From the NCBI GenBank assembly GCA_023267435.1, contig JAHFNH010000003.1:12717-76716 (forward strand): DNA of 64,000 nt, given 5' to 3'. Both the position numbers and the translations under genes were made by a program. Positions 47,834 through 57,002 of this stretch are shown here, piece after piece (position 1 is the first letter of the stretch; every line of letters starts with the position of its first letter). This DNA comes from Candidatus Nomurabacteria bacterium (lineage in GTDB: Bacteria; Patescibacteriota; Minisyncoccia; Phycocordibacterales; UBA9973). The notes under the pieces were generated by a model that made no database searches, was not told the origin of the DNA, and saw only the letters and a list, made by a program, of their open reading frames with translations.

Positions 47834-49700
47834 TTCAAAACTAAATTATTTTTTTTGGACAACCCTTTCAGTATTAATTGGTATTTTCATAGCTTTTGTC
47901 GCATTAAAAACTGCCGGTTATGAAAGAATCCGTCAAGAAAATAAACCTACACAAACACAAGGACAAATAATAGAAGACAACACTCAGAAATTTTTCTATT
48001 TTATTAAAGACCCGACCGAAGCACCAAAAGTAAATGCGGAAGCATATTTCATCGGTGACTTAGACACAGGTGAAATGATTTTAGAAAAAAATCAGAACCA
48101 AAAATTCCCCATCGCATCAGTGACAAAATTAATGACTGCGACAGTGTCCTCTGAAAATTTAGATCAAAACAGTACTACTCAGATATCAGCTCAAACTTTG
48201 GCAACTTACGGAAAAAATGGTAATTTTTATCTCGGTGAAAAAATAAAAGTTGGAGATCTTTTATACCCCCTCTTAATGGAATCCAGCAATGACGCAGCTG
48301 AAGCCATCGCGCGCTATTCTGGACGTAAAAGTTTTCTTCAACTAATGAATGAGAAAGCAAATAATCTGAACATGACTTCTACTTCTTTCGAAGACCCTAG
48401 CGGTCTTTCTCCAAACAACCAATCGACAACATTGGACTTATTCAAGTTAGCTCAATATATAAAAAATAAAGTTCCAGATTTATTAAAAGTTACGATCAAC
48501 CACAGCTACAAAAGTCCAAAACATGTTTGGTTCAGCACTAATCAATTTATTCATGAGAACGGCTATCAAGGCGGAAAAAGTGGATATATCGACGAAGCAA
48601 AACAAACAGTCATTTCTACCTTTACCCTTCCCGTATCCAAAGACCAATCACGCAATATCGCTATTGTTCTACTCCGCAGTCCGGACAGATACAAAGACGT
48701 AGAAAATATTTTGAAATATCTAAAGAAAAATGTTTATTATGGCATGGAGACTGACGCACAATCTGATTGGGTAAAACAAAAAGAAAGTATCTCAGATGAA
48801 TATACGCAAGATTACTTAAACCTCATGTTTACCGGAGACATCATGCTCGATCGCGGAGTTAAAAGCTCTGTCATGAAAAATTTCGACGGAGATTATTCCG
48901 CGATGTTTGCTAATTTAGATATATTTAAAAAAGCTAATATAGTTTTTGGAAATCTAGAAGGTCCTGCATCAGACCAAGGAGAAGATAAACATAATCTGTA
49001 TTCATTCAGAATGGATCCCTCAGTTGTTCCCGCTCTCAAAGGCGCTGGGTTCGATATCGTATCAGTTGCGAATAACCATGTCGGTGATTGGGGTCGAATC
49101 GCTTATGAAGACACACTGGATAGCCTAAAAGAAAATGAAATTCTTTACACGGGCGGAGGTAAAAATTCACATGAAGCCGAACAGCCGACAGTTATAGAAA
49201 AATATGGAATGAAAATAGGCTACCTGGGGTTCTCAGATGTTGGACCAAATTGGATGGAAGCTACAGATAATTCTTCTGGCTTATTATTGGCAAACAATCC
49301 GCGTTTCGATGAAATAATCCAAAATGCTTCTAAACAAGTTGATTTTCTTGTGGTATCTTTCCATTTCGGTGATGAATACAAAAACACGCATAATGACAGA
49401 CAAGAATATTTAGCGCACAAAGCTATTGATGACGGAGCGAAAATAATAATCGGTACTCACCCGCACGTCGTGGAAGACACGGAAGTTTATAAAAAAGGAT
49501 TCATTGCTTACTCTTTGGGTAATTTAATTTTCGACCAATATTTTTCAGAAAATACAATGCAAGGAATGCTGCTTGAAATAAAATTAAATAAAAATGGTTC
49601 TATGTCTATCTTTAAAGATATCGTAAAACTCAATCACGTCTTTCAGCCAGAAACAGTAATAAAAGGCAAAGAAGAAAAAATTAAATTCCAAAATCTCTAA
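47817..49700 (+). CDS. D-Ala-D-Ala carboxypeptidase (S11) fused to a CapA-family metallophosphatase-like domain
   Basis: SVTK, SSN, KSG motifs; then GDIMLDR, GNLE, ANNH, HFGDE, HPHV, YSLGN..FDQ. Confidence 0.9.
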   Translation: MNPNLNSKLNYFFWTTLSVLIGIFIAFVALKTAGYERIRQENKPTQTQGQIIEDNTQKFFYFIKDPTEAPKVNAEAYFIGDLDTGEMILEKNQNQKFPIASVTKLMTATVSSENLDQNSTTQISAQTLATYGKNGNFYLGEKIKVGDLLYPLLMESSNDAAEAIARYSGRKSFLQLMNEKANNLNMTSTSFEDPSGLSPNNQSTTLDLFKLAQYIKNKVPDLLKVTINHSYKSPKHVWFSTNQFIHENGYQGGKSGYIDEAKQTVISTFTLPVSKDQSRNIAIVLLRSPDRYKDVENILKYLKKNVYYGMETDAQSDWVKQKESISDEYTQDYLNLMFTGDIMLDRGVKSSVMKNFDGDYSAMFANLDIFKKANIVFGNLEGPASDQGEDKHNLYSFRMDPSVVPALKGAGFDIVSVANNHVGDWGRIAYEDTLDSLKENEILYTGGGKNSHEAEQPTVIEKYGMKIGYLGFSDVGPNWMEATDNSSGLLLANNPRFDEIIQNASKQVDFLVVSFHFGDEYKNTHNDRQEYLAHKAIDDGAKIIIGTHPHVVEDTEVYKKGFIAYSLGNLIFDQYFSENTMQGMLLEIKLNKNGSMSIFKDIVKLNHVFQPETVIKGKEEKIKFQNL

Positions 49701-49712
49701 AAACACAATAAA

Positions 49713-49744
49713 AAAAGGCTCATCATCAATAATGATGAGCCTTT
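49713..49744. terminator. Bidirectional intrinsic terminator
   Basis: aaaggctcatcat-caata-atgatgagccttt. Confidence 0.8.
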
Positions 49745-49762
49745 AAATAAAAAAATTAAATT

Positions 49763-50209
49763 TCACCTGTTGAGTACTAAATTTTTATTTTCGTTTACCT
49801 GAAAAAGAAAATTCTCATACCCTCTTTTAACAACATCGAAGTCTTTTGAACTTTTGATAAGAAGCCTTTTGTTTGTGATAAAAAATAAATTCTTATCACA
49901 GGATCCTTTACAAAACAGCAGACACCGGATATTTCCGACAGAACCTTTTGGAGATTCTACTCCCTTTTCATTAGTCCTGCTGGTAGTCATTTTACATTCA
50001 TTTCCTTCTTTGTCGATATAAGTGAAGAAAAAGGAACAGGGATTTTTTTTACTTATTACCTGACCGTTTTTTTCTATGTATGTCACTAACTTTTTAAAAT
50101 TTTCGTCACCGACAGATACCTGCGGTTGAGATTTTTTTATTTCAATAGTAGCACTACTGAAAACAAACGCCATTAAGGCTGCGAATAAAAATGAAGTTGT
50201 CTTTTTCAT
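49763..50209 (-). CDS. Hypothetical secreted protein
   Basis: Likely start MKKTTSFLFAALMAFVFSSA (signal peptide) within the 176-aa ORF. Confidence 0.6.
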   Translation of the reverse strand: MKKTTSFLFAALMAFVFSSATIEIKKSQPQVSVGDENFKKLVTYIEKNGQVISKKNPCSFFFTYIDKEGNECKMTTSRTNEKGVESPKGSVGNIRCLLFCKGSCDKNLFFITNKRLLIKSSKDFDVVKRGYENFLFQVNENKNLVLNR

Positions 50210-50388
50210 GGTATGTGATTTTTTGATATTGGTTTTATTTGGTTTATTCAATCCCCTCAATAGGAACTCAATAGACCAAACAAAACAACACAACTAAAAA
50301 ACCTTATCTCAAGGTACAATTTAACTGGTTGTATTATAGCACACTATATAGGTAAAAGTCAAGGGCTAGATGCCCTTATAAATAAAGC

Positions 50389-50916
50389 TTATTTGCCACT
50401 AAACTTCTCTTTCCATTGTTTTACGCAATTATTGATTTCTTGACTATAAACATCCGTAAATATTTCATATAAAGCCTTACCGACAATATATCTCGCATAT
50501 TTTTCCTTATCCTCCAGAGAATTTTTATCCATTTTGCCACTGATTATGCTGTAGCCATTTTCATTGAAAATATCGACGGCTTTATTCTTGTCAGATATAA
50601 CTCCTGATACTTGAGTTTCTTTAAAATTACATAACCAATCTAAAAGCACTTCTTGATTGTTAAAATCGATACTGGAAAGATCTTCAACTAATTTATCCGC
50701 TTCCCTTTCCTTTTCTTCTACATCCTTTTTTATTCTTTCCTTATATTCTTTAAAATTACGGCTATCTAAAATCTTCTTGTTTTCTTTTTCATAGAGAGAA
50801 TCCAAACTTTCTGAACGGACAGTATCCTCTTCAGTTGATTCATCTTCAAGAACAAGAGTCTCCTCATTATTCAATGGTACTTTTTCAAAATTATCTCCGT
50901 TAAATTTCATATTCAT
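50389..50916 (-). CDS. Hypothetical acidic protein
   Basis: 175-aa ORF with TGnTATAAT upstream. Confidence 0.6.
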   Translation of the reverse strand: MNMKFNGDNFEKVPLNNEETLVLEDESTEEDTVRSESLDSLYEKENKKILDSRNFKEYKERIKKDVEEKEREADKLVEDLSSIDFNNQEVLLDWLCNFKETQVSGVISDKNKAVDIFNENGYSIISGKMDKNSLEDKEKYARYIVGKALYEIFTDVYSQEINNCVKQWKEKFSGK

Positions 50917-51022
50917 AAATATATCTCTTTAATTAATAAAACTTATTGTTTTTCAATTATAACATAAATTATAAAAATTCACAATAAAAAATCCCCTGAC
51001 AAAATGCCAGAGGATTGTAAAC

Positions 51023-51427
51023 TTAAGAAGCGAAACGTTTAATATTTTGTGAGCATAATTCATTTTGTATTTCATCAACTCTTTTTATCAAATCAAAATC
51101 ATTAAAATCAATGCCTATCCTCTTAGCCTTTATCAGTTCAACAGAAATTTTAATCCTATTTTCTTCTATATGAAGATATTCGAATATTTTAAGATTCTCT
51201 TCGATATTAGATAATCTTTTATTGCAATCTTCAATAACGCCCGGCTTTTCTTTCAACTTGTGTTCAATAGTTACCCGTCTTTTTTCCAGCTCGCGCTCAA
51301 TAAATTCTTTCTTTTTCTTTTTCGTTTCTTCCGAAACATAAGGCACCATATTTCTTTTAAAGAAAGAACCGATGCTTTTGATTATTCTGCTCCATCTAGA
51401 TTCTTTAGGTAATACTTCTCTTATCAT
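51023..51427 (-). CDS. Hypothetical coiled-coil protein
   Basis: 134-aa ORF followed by a hairpin at about 50987-51016. Confidence 0.55.
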   Translation of the reverse strand: MIREVLPKESRWSRIIKSIGSFFKRNMVPYVSEETKKKKKEFIERELEKRRVTIEHKLKEKPGVIEDCNKRLSNIEENLKIFEYLHIEENRIKISVELIKAKRIGIDFNDFDLIKRVDEIQNELCSQNIKRFAS

Positions 51428-51486
51428 CTTATTTAGTTATTAAAGGTTTAAAAATTAGTGAATTGTCAAAATTTTTTAAAAAGCAA

Positions 51487-52005
51487 TCAAATACGCACTG
51501 CGAGAAATTTATAAAAAGTTCCGTTCCACTTTCCTTCTGAAGGGTACAACTCTATGGTTATTCCCCGCTTGTCATTAATGGTAACTGGCACACTTTTAAA
51601 ACCGCCATACATAATTTCTGAACCGAGAGCAACGACACCTGAACCAAAAGCTATTTCATTTTGAATTCCGAAAGATTGAGACTCTTTAACTGTCGCTCCA
51701 CGCATTTTATTTTCTTGAATCCAAGATAAAATTTCCTTAGAAGAAAATAAACCGGGAAAAGAAATCAGTACCCCATTCAATGTATCTGTACCTGTAATTT
51801 TTTCTTGTTTAAACATCTTGCTGGAAATTTCTTTTTTAGAAACAAGATAATTTCCGAGCGTATCAAATTTTTCAATACTATTTCTGTAATCAACATAAAA
51901 CTTCACAGGTTCCTGAATGGGTTTATTGTCAAAAACAGAGAAACTAAAAGAAAACACGCCGGTAACTATTACCAGCAGTGTGCTAACTAATTTTACCTTT
52001 TTCAT
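51487..52005 (-). CDS. Hypothetical secreted/anchored protein
   Basis: N-terminal hydrophobic segment; 172 aa. Confidence 0.6.
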   Translation of the reverse strand: MKKVKLVSTLLVIVTGVFSFSFSVFDNKPIQEPVKFYVDYRNSIEKFDTLGNYLVSKKEISSKMFKQEKITGTDTLNGVLISFPGLFSSKEILSWIQENKMRGATVKESQSFGIQNEIAFGSGVVALGSEIMYGGFKSVPVTINDKRGITIELYPSEGKWNGTFYKFLAVRI

Positions 52006-52085
52006 ATTATATTTTTTAGATTTATTTCGAAGGACTATATATTAACCAAACTTTACCATATTTTATACAAAAATCAAGCAAATAA

Positions 52086-52119
52086 AAAAACTCGCCTTGT
52101 TTTTACAAGAGCGAGTTTT
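52086..52119. terminator. Intrinsic terminator
   Basis: aaaactcgc-cttgt...acaag-a-gcgagtttt. Confidence 0.75.
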
Positions 52120-52137
52120 GTATTTTTTGAATGAGTA

Positions 52138-52541
52138 TTAGGAAACCTTTTCCCATTCTAATTCACTGCTTAAAATGTAATTTTCACCAACATTTAATTT
52201 TGTTGTAAGCGTATTTAAAATAAAACATTCAGCATCCTCTGTTTGGATAACACAACGTAAATCCAAACTCTTTCCATCTTTTGACAAATCATAAAGTATT
52301 TTTATCTTACTACCAATTTCAATGTCTTTTTTATTAAGGCTCTTTCCCTTTCCTTTCATTTCTCCTTTTATTTCATATAGAAATGTCACCAACATTAAAA
52401 ACATAAAAACTAATATAATGGGAGTAAAATACGAGGATATTCTTTAAGAAAAGAGTCCTGAGTGGTAAACCAAATTAACGCTATTTGAATGAACGCTGAT
52501 CCAATTGCCAGGAATTTAAATAGATTATTTTTCTTTTTCAT
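52138..52541 (-). pseudogene. Frameshifted membrane-protein gene (or sequencing error)
   Basis: ATG 52541 (MKKKNNLFKFLAIG...) stops after 43 codons; the hydrophobic sequence continues in the frame of ORF 52138..52404. Confidence 0.55.
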
Positions 52542-52715
52542 CTTATTTAGGGTTTAAGTTATTTAACATTTATTAGGTTCTCTCAATCTCCATAAAGAAA
52601 CTGGAAGAACCTAACAAATCTAACTAAACACCCATATATCAAAGAGCCATCTACATAAAAATTGTATCATATTTATATGTAAAAGTCAAGCTATTTTGTG
52701 CTTATAAAATAAGGT

Positions 52716-54977
52716 TTATTTTGCAATAGCTTGAGCTTCGTCGAACTTAATAGACAACAACTTAGAAGCGCCATCGGCACCGATAGTGACGCCATAGAGC
52801 ACTCCTGCGCGAGACATTGTCTCTCTGTTGTGAGTGATGACGATAAGCTGAGAACGCTTGGAAAGTTTCTCGAGCATATCTCCGTATTTACGAGAGTTTG
52901 ATTCATCTAGAGCTGCGTCGGTTTCATCTAGGACTAGAAATGGTGGTGGATTCACCTGAGACATAGAGAAAAGCAAAGCGATAGAAGTCAGAGACCTCTC
53001 TCCTCCAGAGAGTGCATGAAGTTCTTTCACTTTCTTATGCGGAAGCGAGACATTTATCTCAATGCCGTGTTCAAAAACAATTCCGTTTTCATTTTCTTCT
53101 TCATCATCTTCCATTTCTTCTTCATTTATTTCTTCTCCATTTTTACTTTTCTTCTTTCTCTTCTGTTCAGCTACCACTGCTAAAAAAGCAGAACCTCCGC
53201 CGAACATAAGCGAGAAAAATTCTTGAAATTCAGTATTTATTTTCTTTATGCCTTCTTTGAACGAAATATCTATTTTCTCTTTCAGGTCGATCATTAATTT
53301 TCGCAATGACTCAATACTGACTGCCAAATCTTCCATTTCTTTCATTAGGAATTTCTCTCGATCAGCAACTTCATTATATTCTTTCAATATCTCGCTTCCC
53401 CCGCCAAGGCCGGCATCTTCTAATTTTATTTTTATTCTTTCTATCTTTCTCTTTTGCTCGTCTTGAGCAAATTCGTTGATTTCTCCAGAAATTTCAAAAT
53501 TCTTATAGGACAAAACATCCACGCCTATAAGAGCAGAACCTTCTTTAATTTCATTTTCAAAAGCTTCAGATCTGCGAGACAAATTCTCTTCTTTTACTAA
53601 GATAATATTAAGTGAAGCAGAAAGTTCTTGTTGTTTTACTCGATAAGTGAATTTTTCTCTTTCTTTTATTCTTGTCTCTTCATTTTCTGAATCTATTTCC
53701 CTTCTTAAATTCACTGCTTGAGTATTTATTTTATCTTCTTCATTTTGAATATTTTGTATTTCAGTTAAAATTCCAGCTTGAGTATTTTTCAAATTATCTA
53801 TTTCTTCTGAATTGGAAGTATTTTCTAGTTGTTCTGGTTTCTGATTGAATTTATTTAAAATAATCTTAATACGGCTTAAAATAGCTGACACTTCTGCCAA
53901 GCTATCTTTATCGAGCGCTTCATCGATATAATTATTCACCTCGCTGACTATCTTTAATACTTCTTCATGGGAAACGACATGCGCCTGTTGTGGAGCTTTT
54001 TGGGCACGGCGCTCTTCCATTTCGATCATTCCTTCGATGCGTCCGAGCTTGCGATCTAGTTCACCCTTCAAACTTCTGATCTCAGAAATTTTCCGATCCA
54101 GATTTCTAAGTTCTTCGTTTTTTGGATTTTCTTGAATTGTACCTGCATCTTCTATACTGGAAATTTTTCCAGCAATATCTGCCATTTCTATTTGGATTTT
54201 ATTTTTTTCTGAATTTAATGCTGACTTTTGATTTTCTAAATAAACACTCTCTTTTTTCAAATATTCGCGGTAAAGATTTGAAAGATCTATTTTCATTTCT
54301 TTTGCTTTCTCGAATTTTTCCACCTGACGCTTTAAGAAATTTAAATGCGGAGTTATTTCTTTACGGATCAAAGAAACCTCTTTCATATTATTGGTGGTGC
54401 GATCTAGCTTCCTTTCAGCTTCTTTTATTTTGTACTGATATATTTTGAGTCCCAACGCATCTTCGATCATTTCTCTTCTGTCTTTAGGCGATGCATTCAA
54501 AATCCTGTCTGCTTCTCCTTGTGAGATGATATGGTGTCCGGAAGAACCAATATTCACAGAAGCTAAAAGATTATTGATGTCTTTCAATCTAACTTCTGAA
54601 CCATTTAAAATATATTTATTCAAACCATCAGCATACACTTCTCGAGAAATAGAGATCTCATCATAATTTAAATTTATATTCTCTCCCGATTCATTTTCTA
54701 ATTTGAAAACTTTATCTTTATTGTCGAAAAAAATAGTAACGACGGCTCGAGTGCCTTTCGGTAAATTTTTAGAACCTTTAAAAATAAGATCAGTGCCAGA
54801 CTTTCCGCGCATTGATTTCATGGACTGTTCGCCTAAGACGAAACGAAAAGACTCAAGAACGTTTGATTTTCCAGAACCATTCGGACCCACCACCGAGACA
54901 ACGGGACTCAAAAATTCCAAAGATGTTTTTTTTGCAAATGATTTAAAACCGTTTATTTCTAATGATTTTAATCTCAT
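52716..54977 (-). CDS. smc: SMC-family chromosome segregation ATPase (short form)
   Basis: GFKSF, GPNGSGKSN, IISQGE, LSGGERSLT, VLDETDAALD, VITH. Confidence 0.9.
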   Translation of the reverse strand: MRLKSLEINGFKSFAKKTSLEFLSPVVSVVGPNGSGKSNVLESFRFVLGEQSMKSMRGKSGTDLIFKGSKNLPKGTRAVVTIFFDNKDKVFKLENESGENINLNYDEISISREVYADGLNKYILNGSEVRLKDINNLLASVNIGSSGHHIISQGEADRILNASPKDRREMIEDALGLKIYQYKIKEAERKLDRTTNNMKEVSLIRKEITPHLNFLKRQVEKFEKAKEMKIDLSNLYREYLKKESVYLENQKSALNSEKNKIQIEMADIAGKISSIEDAGTIQENPKNEELRNLDRKISEIRSLKGELDRKLGRIEGMIEMEERRAQKAPQQAHVVSHEEVLKIVSEVNNYIDEALDKDSLAEVSAILSRIKIILNKFNQKPEQLENTSNSEEIDNLKNTQAGILTEIQNIQNEEDKINTQAVNLRREIDSENEETRIKEREKFTYRVKQQELSASLNIILVKEENLSRRSEAFENEIKEGSALIGVDVLSYKNFEISGEINEFAQDEQKRKIERIKIKLEDAGLGGGSEILKEYNEVADREKFLMKEMEDLAVSIESLRKLMIDLKEKIDISFKEGIKKINTEFQEFFSLMFGGGSAFLAVVAEQKRKKKSKNGEEINEEEMEDDEEENENGIVFEHGIEINVSLPHKKVKELHALSGGERSLTSIALLFSMSQVNPPPFLVLDETDAALDESNSRKYGDMLEKLSKRSQLIVITHNRETMSRAGVLYGVTIGADGASKLLSIKFDEAQAIAK

Positions 54978-54978
54978 A

Positions 54979-55674
54979 CTAATCTAGCCAATTCTTAATT
55001 TTCAAAGCTGCTTCGGCGGCTTTTTGCTCTGCTTCTTGCTTGCTTTTACCCTTGCCTTCAGCTGCCACATCAGCACCCAAGAAAATACCGACGGTAAAAT
55101 GCTTGTCATGATCCGGACCTGTTTCGTGTAATACTTTATAAGAAGGAGTGACATTTAAAAATTCTTGAGCTTTTTCTTGTATCAAACTCTTGGCATCACG
55201 CCATAATTTTTTAGAAACAATTTCTTCAGTATAAGGCAACAACACGGTAGTGATAAACTTTTCAGCTGGAGCATAACCCTGATCTAAAAATAATGCGCCG
55301 ACATATGCCTCAAAAGTATTCGCCAAAATATATTGTCGAGCCTTTCCTGTATCTTTAGCTTCTCCTTTCGATAAAAGTAAGAAATCATTCATTTCGATCT
55401 TAGATGCGACTTCAGAAATAATCACCGCATTTACCAATGCTGAACGTAAAGAAGTCAGTTCCCCCTCGGTATAAGATGGATATTTTTTATATAAAAAATC
55501 TGTCACGACTAATTCTAAAACAGCATCACCTAAAAATTCCAGGCGTTCATTGTGTGATAAACCTGCAGAAGGATTTTCATTGATATAGGAACGATGTATA
55601 AAAGCCTGCTTTAATAGATCTTTATCCTTGAAAACTATTTTTGTTTTTTCTTCAAAATCTGAAAACTGAATCAT
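54979..55674 (-). CDS. rnc: Ribonuclease III
   Basis: HNERLEFLGDAVL; dsRBD with GPDHDK, GKSKQEAEQ. Confidence 0.97.
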   Translation of the reverse strand: MIQFSDFEEKTKIVFKDKDLLKQAFIHRSYINENPSAGLSHNERLEFLGDAVLELVVTDFLYKKYPSYTEGELTSLRSALVNAVIISEVASKIEMNDFLLLSKGEAKDTGKARQYILANTFEAYVGALFLDQGYAPAEKFITTVLLPYTEEIVSKKLWRDAKSLIQEKAQEFLNVTPSYKVLHETGPDHDKHFTVGIFLGADVAAEGKGKSKQEAEQKAAEAALKIKNWLD

Positions 55675-55676
55675 GA

Positions 55677-56576
55677 TTATTTTTTAGTGATAATTTCAAT
55701 AGCTTTTGCAATCAGAGGAATGATATCGTTGTAAATATGGAGATCTGGAATTTCAGAAAGCTGGAACCAACGCGCACCATCAAGCCCACCAGAACTCTCT
55801 AATACAAGTTCGCGATATTCACTCTCAGCTAAAAAGTATGTGACTTTTTTCAAAATCTTTCCTTGTTCTGGGTGGCTCGCAACATATTCATTCTCACCAA
55901 GTTTTTCTTTTATCGTTACATCCAAACCGATTTCATCTTTTACTTCTCGAGTGGTTGCTTCTTCTTCGTTCTCACCTTCACCGATTCCACCTTTAGAGAT
56001 AGTCCAATATCCGAAAACATCATGCACCATGGCAAAATAAACTTCACCGCCTTTCTTGGCATAAACCAATGCTCCGCCTTTTCTTTCTACTGGAAGCTTT
56101 GTTTTATCTACTGGCTCGTCATTCTTTTTCTTTTTACTAATTTCATCTTTGCCCGGCTCGCCTATTTCTTTATAAACTGCACCTAGAACTCCATTTATAA
56201 ATTTGCCGGAATTTTCACCGCCGAAAGATTTAGCGAGTTCTATCGCTTCGTTAATAGCCACCTTAGGAGGAACTTGCTTGCGGTCGCCAAAAAGAAGCTC
56301 AGTTAAGCCTATTCTTAAAATATTTCTATCAACAACAGATATTTTATCCAAAGGCCAATCTGGAGCTGCTTTTTCTATTATTTCATCAATTACGGAACGT
56401 TTCTTTATTACTAATTCCAAAAGAGATAGCACAAAAATATCGTCCTCCAGTCCTGGGGCGAATTCTTTTAAGTTGCGTTCCGCCGCTTCTTTGAGAGGAA
56501 CCTCCTTAGCACCATTAAAATCCCACTCGAAAAGCGTCTGGAGCACTATTGATCTGGAAAGGTGCCTATTTGCCAT
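55677..56576 (-). CDS. nusB: Transcription antitermination factor NusB fused to a NUDIX domain
   Basis: DRNILR, PPKVAINEAIELAK.FG, FINGVL; C-terminal SKGGIGEGENEEEATTREVKDEIGL. Confidence 0.92.
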   Translation of the reverse strand: MANRHLSRSIVLQTLFEWDFNGAKEVPLKEAAERNLKEFAPGLEDDIFVLSLLELVIKKRSVIDEIIEKAAPDWPLDKISVVDRNILRIGLTELLFGDRKQVPPKVAINEAIELAKSFGGENSGKFINGVLGAVYKEIGEPGKDEISKKKKNDEPVDKTKLPVERKGGALVYAKKGGEVYFAMVHDVFGYWTISKGGIGEGENEEEATTREVKDEIGLDVTIKEKLGENEYVASHPEQGKILKKVTYFLAESEYRELVLESSGGLDGARWFQLSEIPDLHIYNDIIPLIAKAIEIITKK

Positions 56577-56587
56577 AAATTAATGTA

Positions 56588-56666
56588 ATTTCTTTGAATT
56601 TTTTATCCGCGAGGGTCCCACTCGGTACTCCGAGAAGGGCGCAGTGGAAAAAAAATTTAAAGAAAT
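56588..56666. other. Long imperfect hairpin with a GC-rich core between rpmF and nusB
   Basis: atttctttgaatttttt ... aaaaaatttaaagaaat arms; inner ctcgg-tact-ccgag. Confidence 0.6.
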
Positions 56667-56680
56667 GAAATCACTTAAAA

Positions 56681-56908
56681 TTACTTAACTTCAGCTTTCT
56701 TTGCTTTCGCTTTTGCCTGCTTCTTTTCAACTTTCTTAACTAAGTCTAAAACTTTTGTACCGCGGTAAAAACCACAAGAAGGACAAACAGTGTGTCTTCG
56801 TTTTAAAGCTGAACAATTGGCGCATTTTGCAAAATCAGTCTTTTTAAGAGCGTGATGTGAGCGCCTGTTTGCTGTATGCGATTTTGTATGTCTCATTCGT
56901 ACTACCAT
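56681..56908 (-). CDS. rpmF: 50S ribosomal protein L32
   Basis: RRSHHAL, CANC..RRHTVCPSCGFYRG; start at ATG 56908 favoured by -10 spacing. Confidence 0.95.
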   Translation of the reverse strand: MVVRMRHTKSHTANRRSHHALKKTDFAKCANCSALKRRHTVCPSCGFYRGTKVLDLVKKVEKKQAKAKAKKAEVK

Positions 56909-57002
56909 GGAATCCATTGTAGCATATTTAATAACAAAAGCAACCAGCCATCATCGGCTGGCAGATTTTTAGAAAAAATAAAATTGTGATATTATAAAAC
57001 CT

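Noticed and set aside
49700-52700. Integron cassette array
   Set aside because: The intergenic hairpins look like A/T-flanked intrinsic terminators rather than attC sites, the genes have their own promoters, and no intI is present.
56588-56666. SRP RNA or 6S RNA
   Set aside because: I could not find the SRP domain-IV motif, and the element is too short for 6S RNA.
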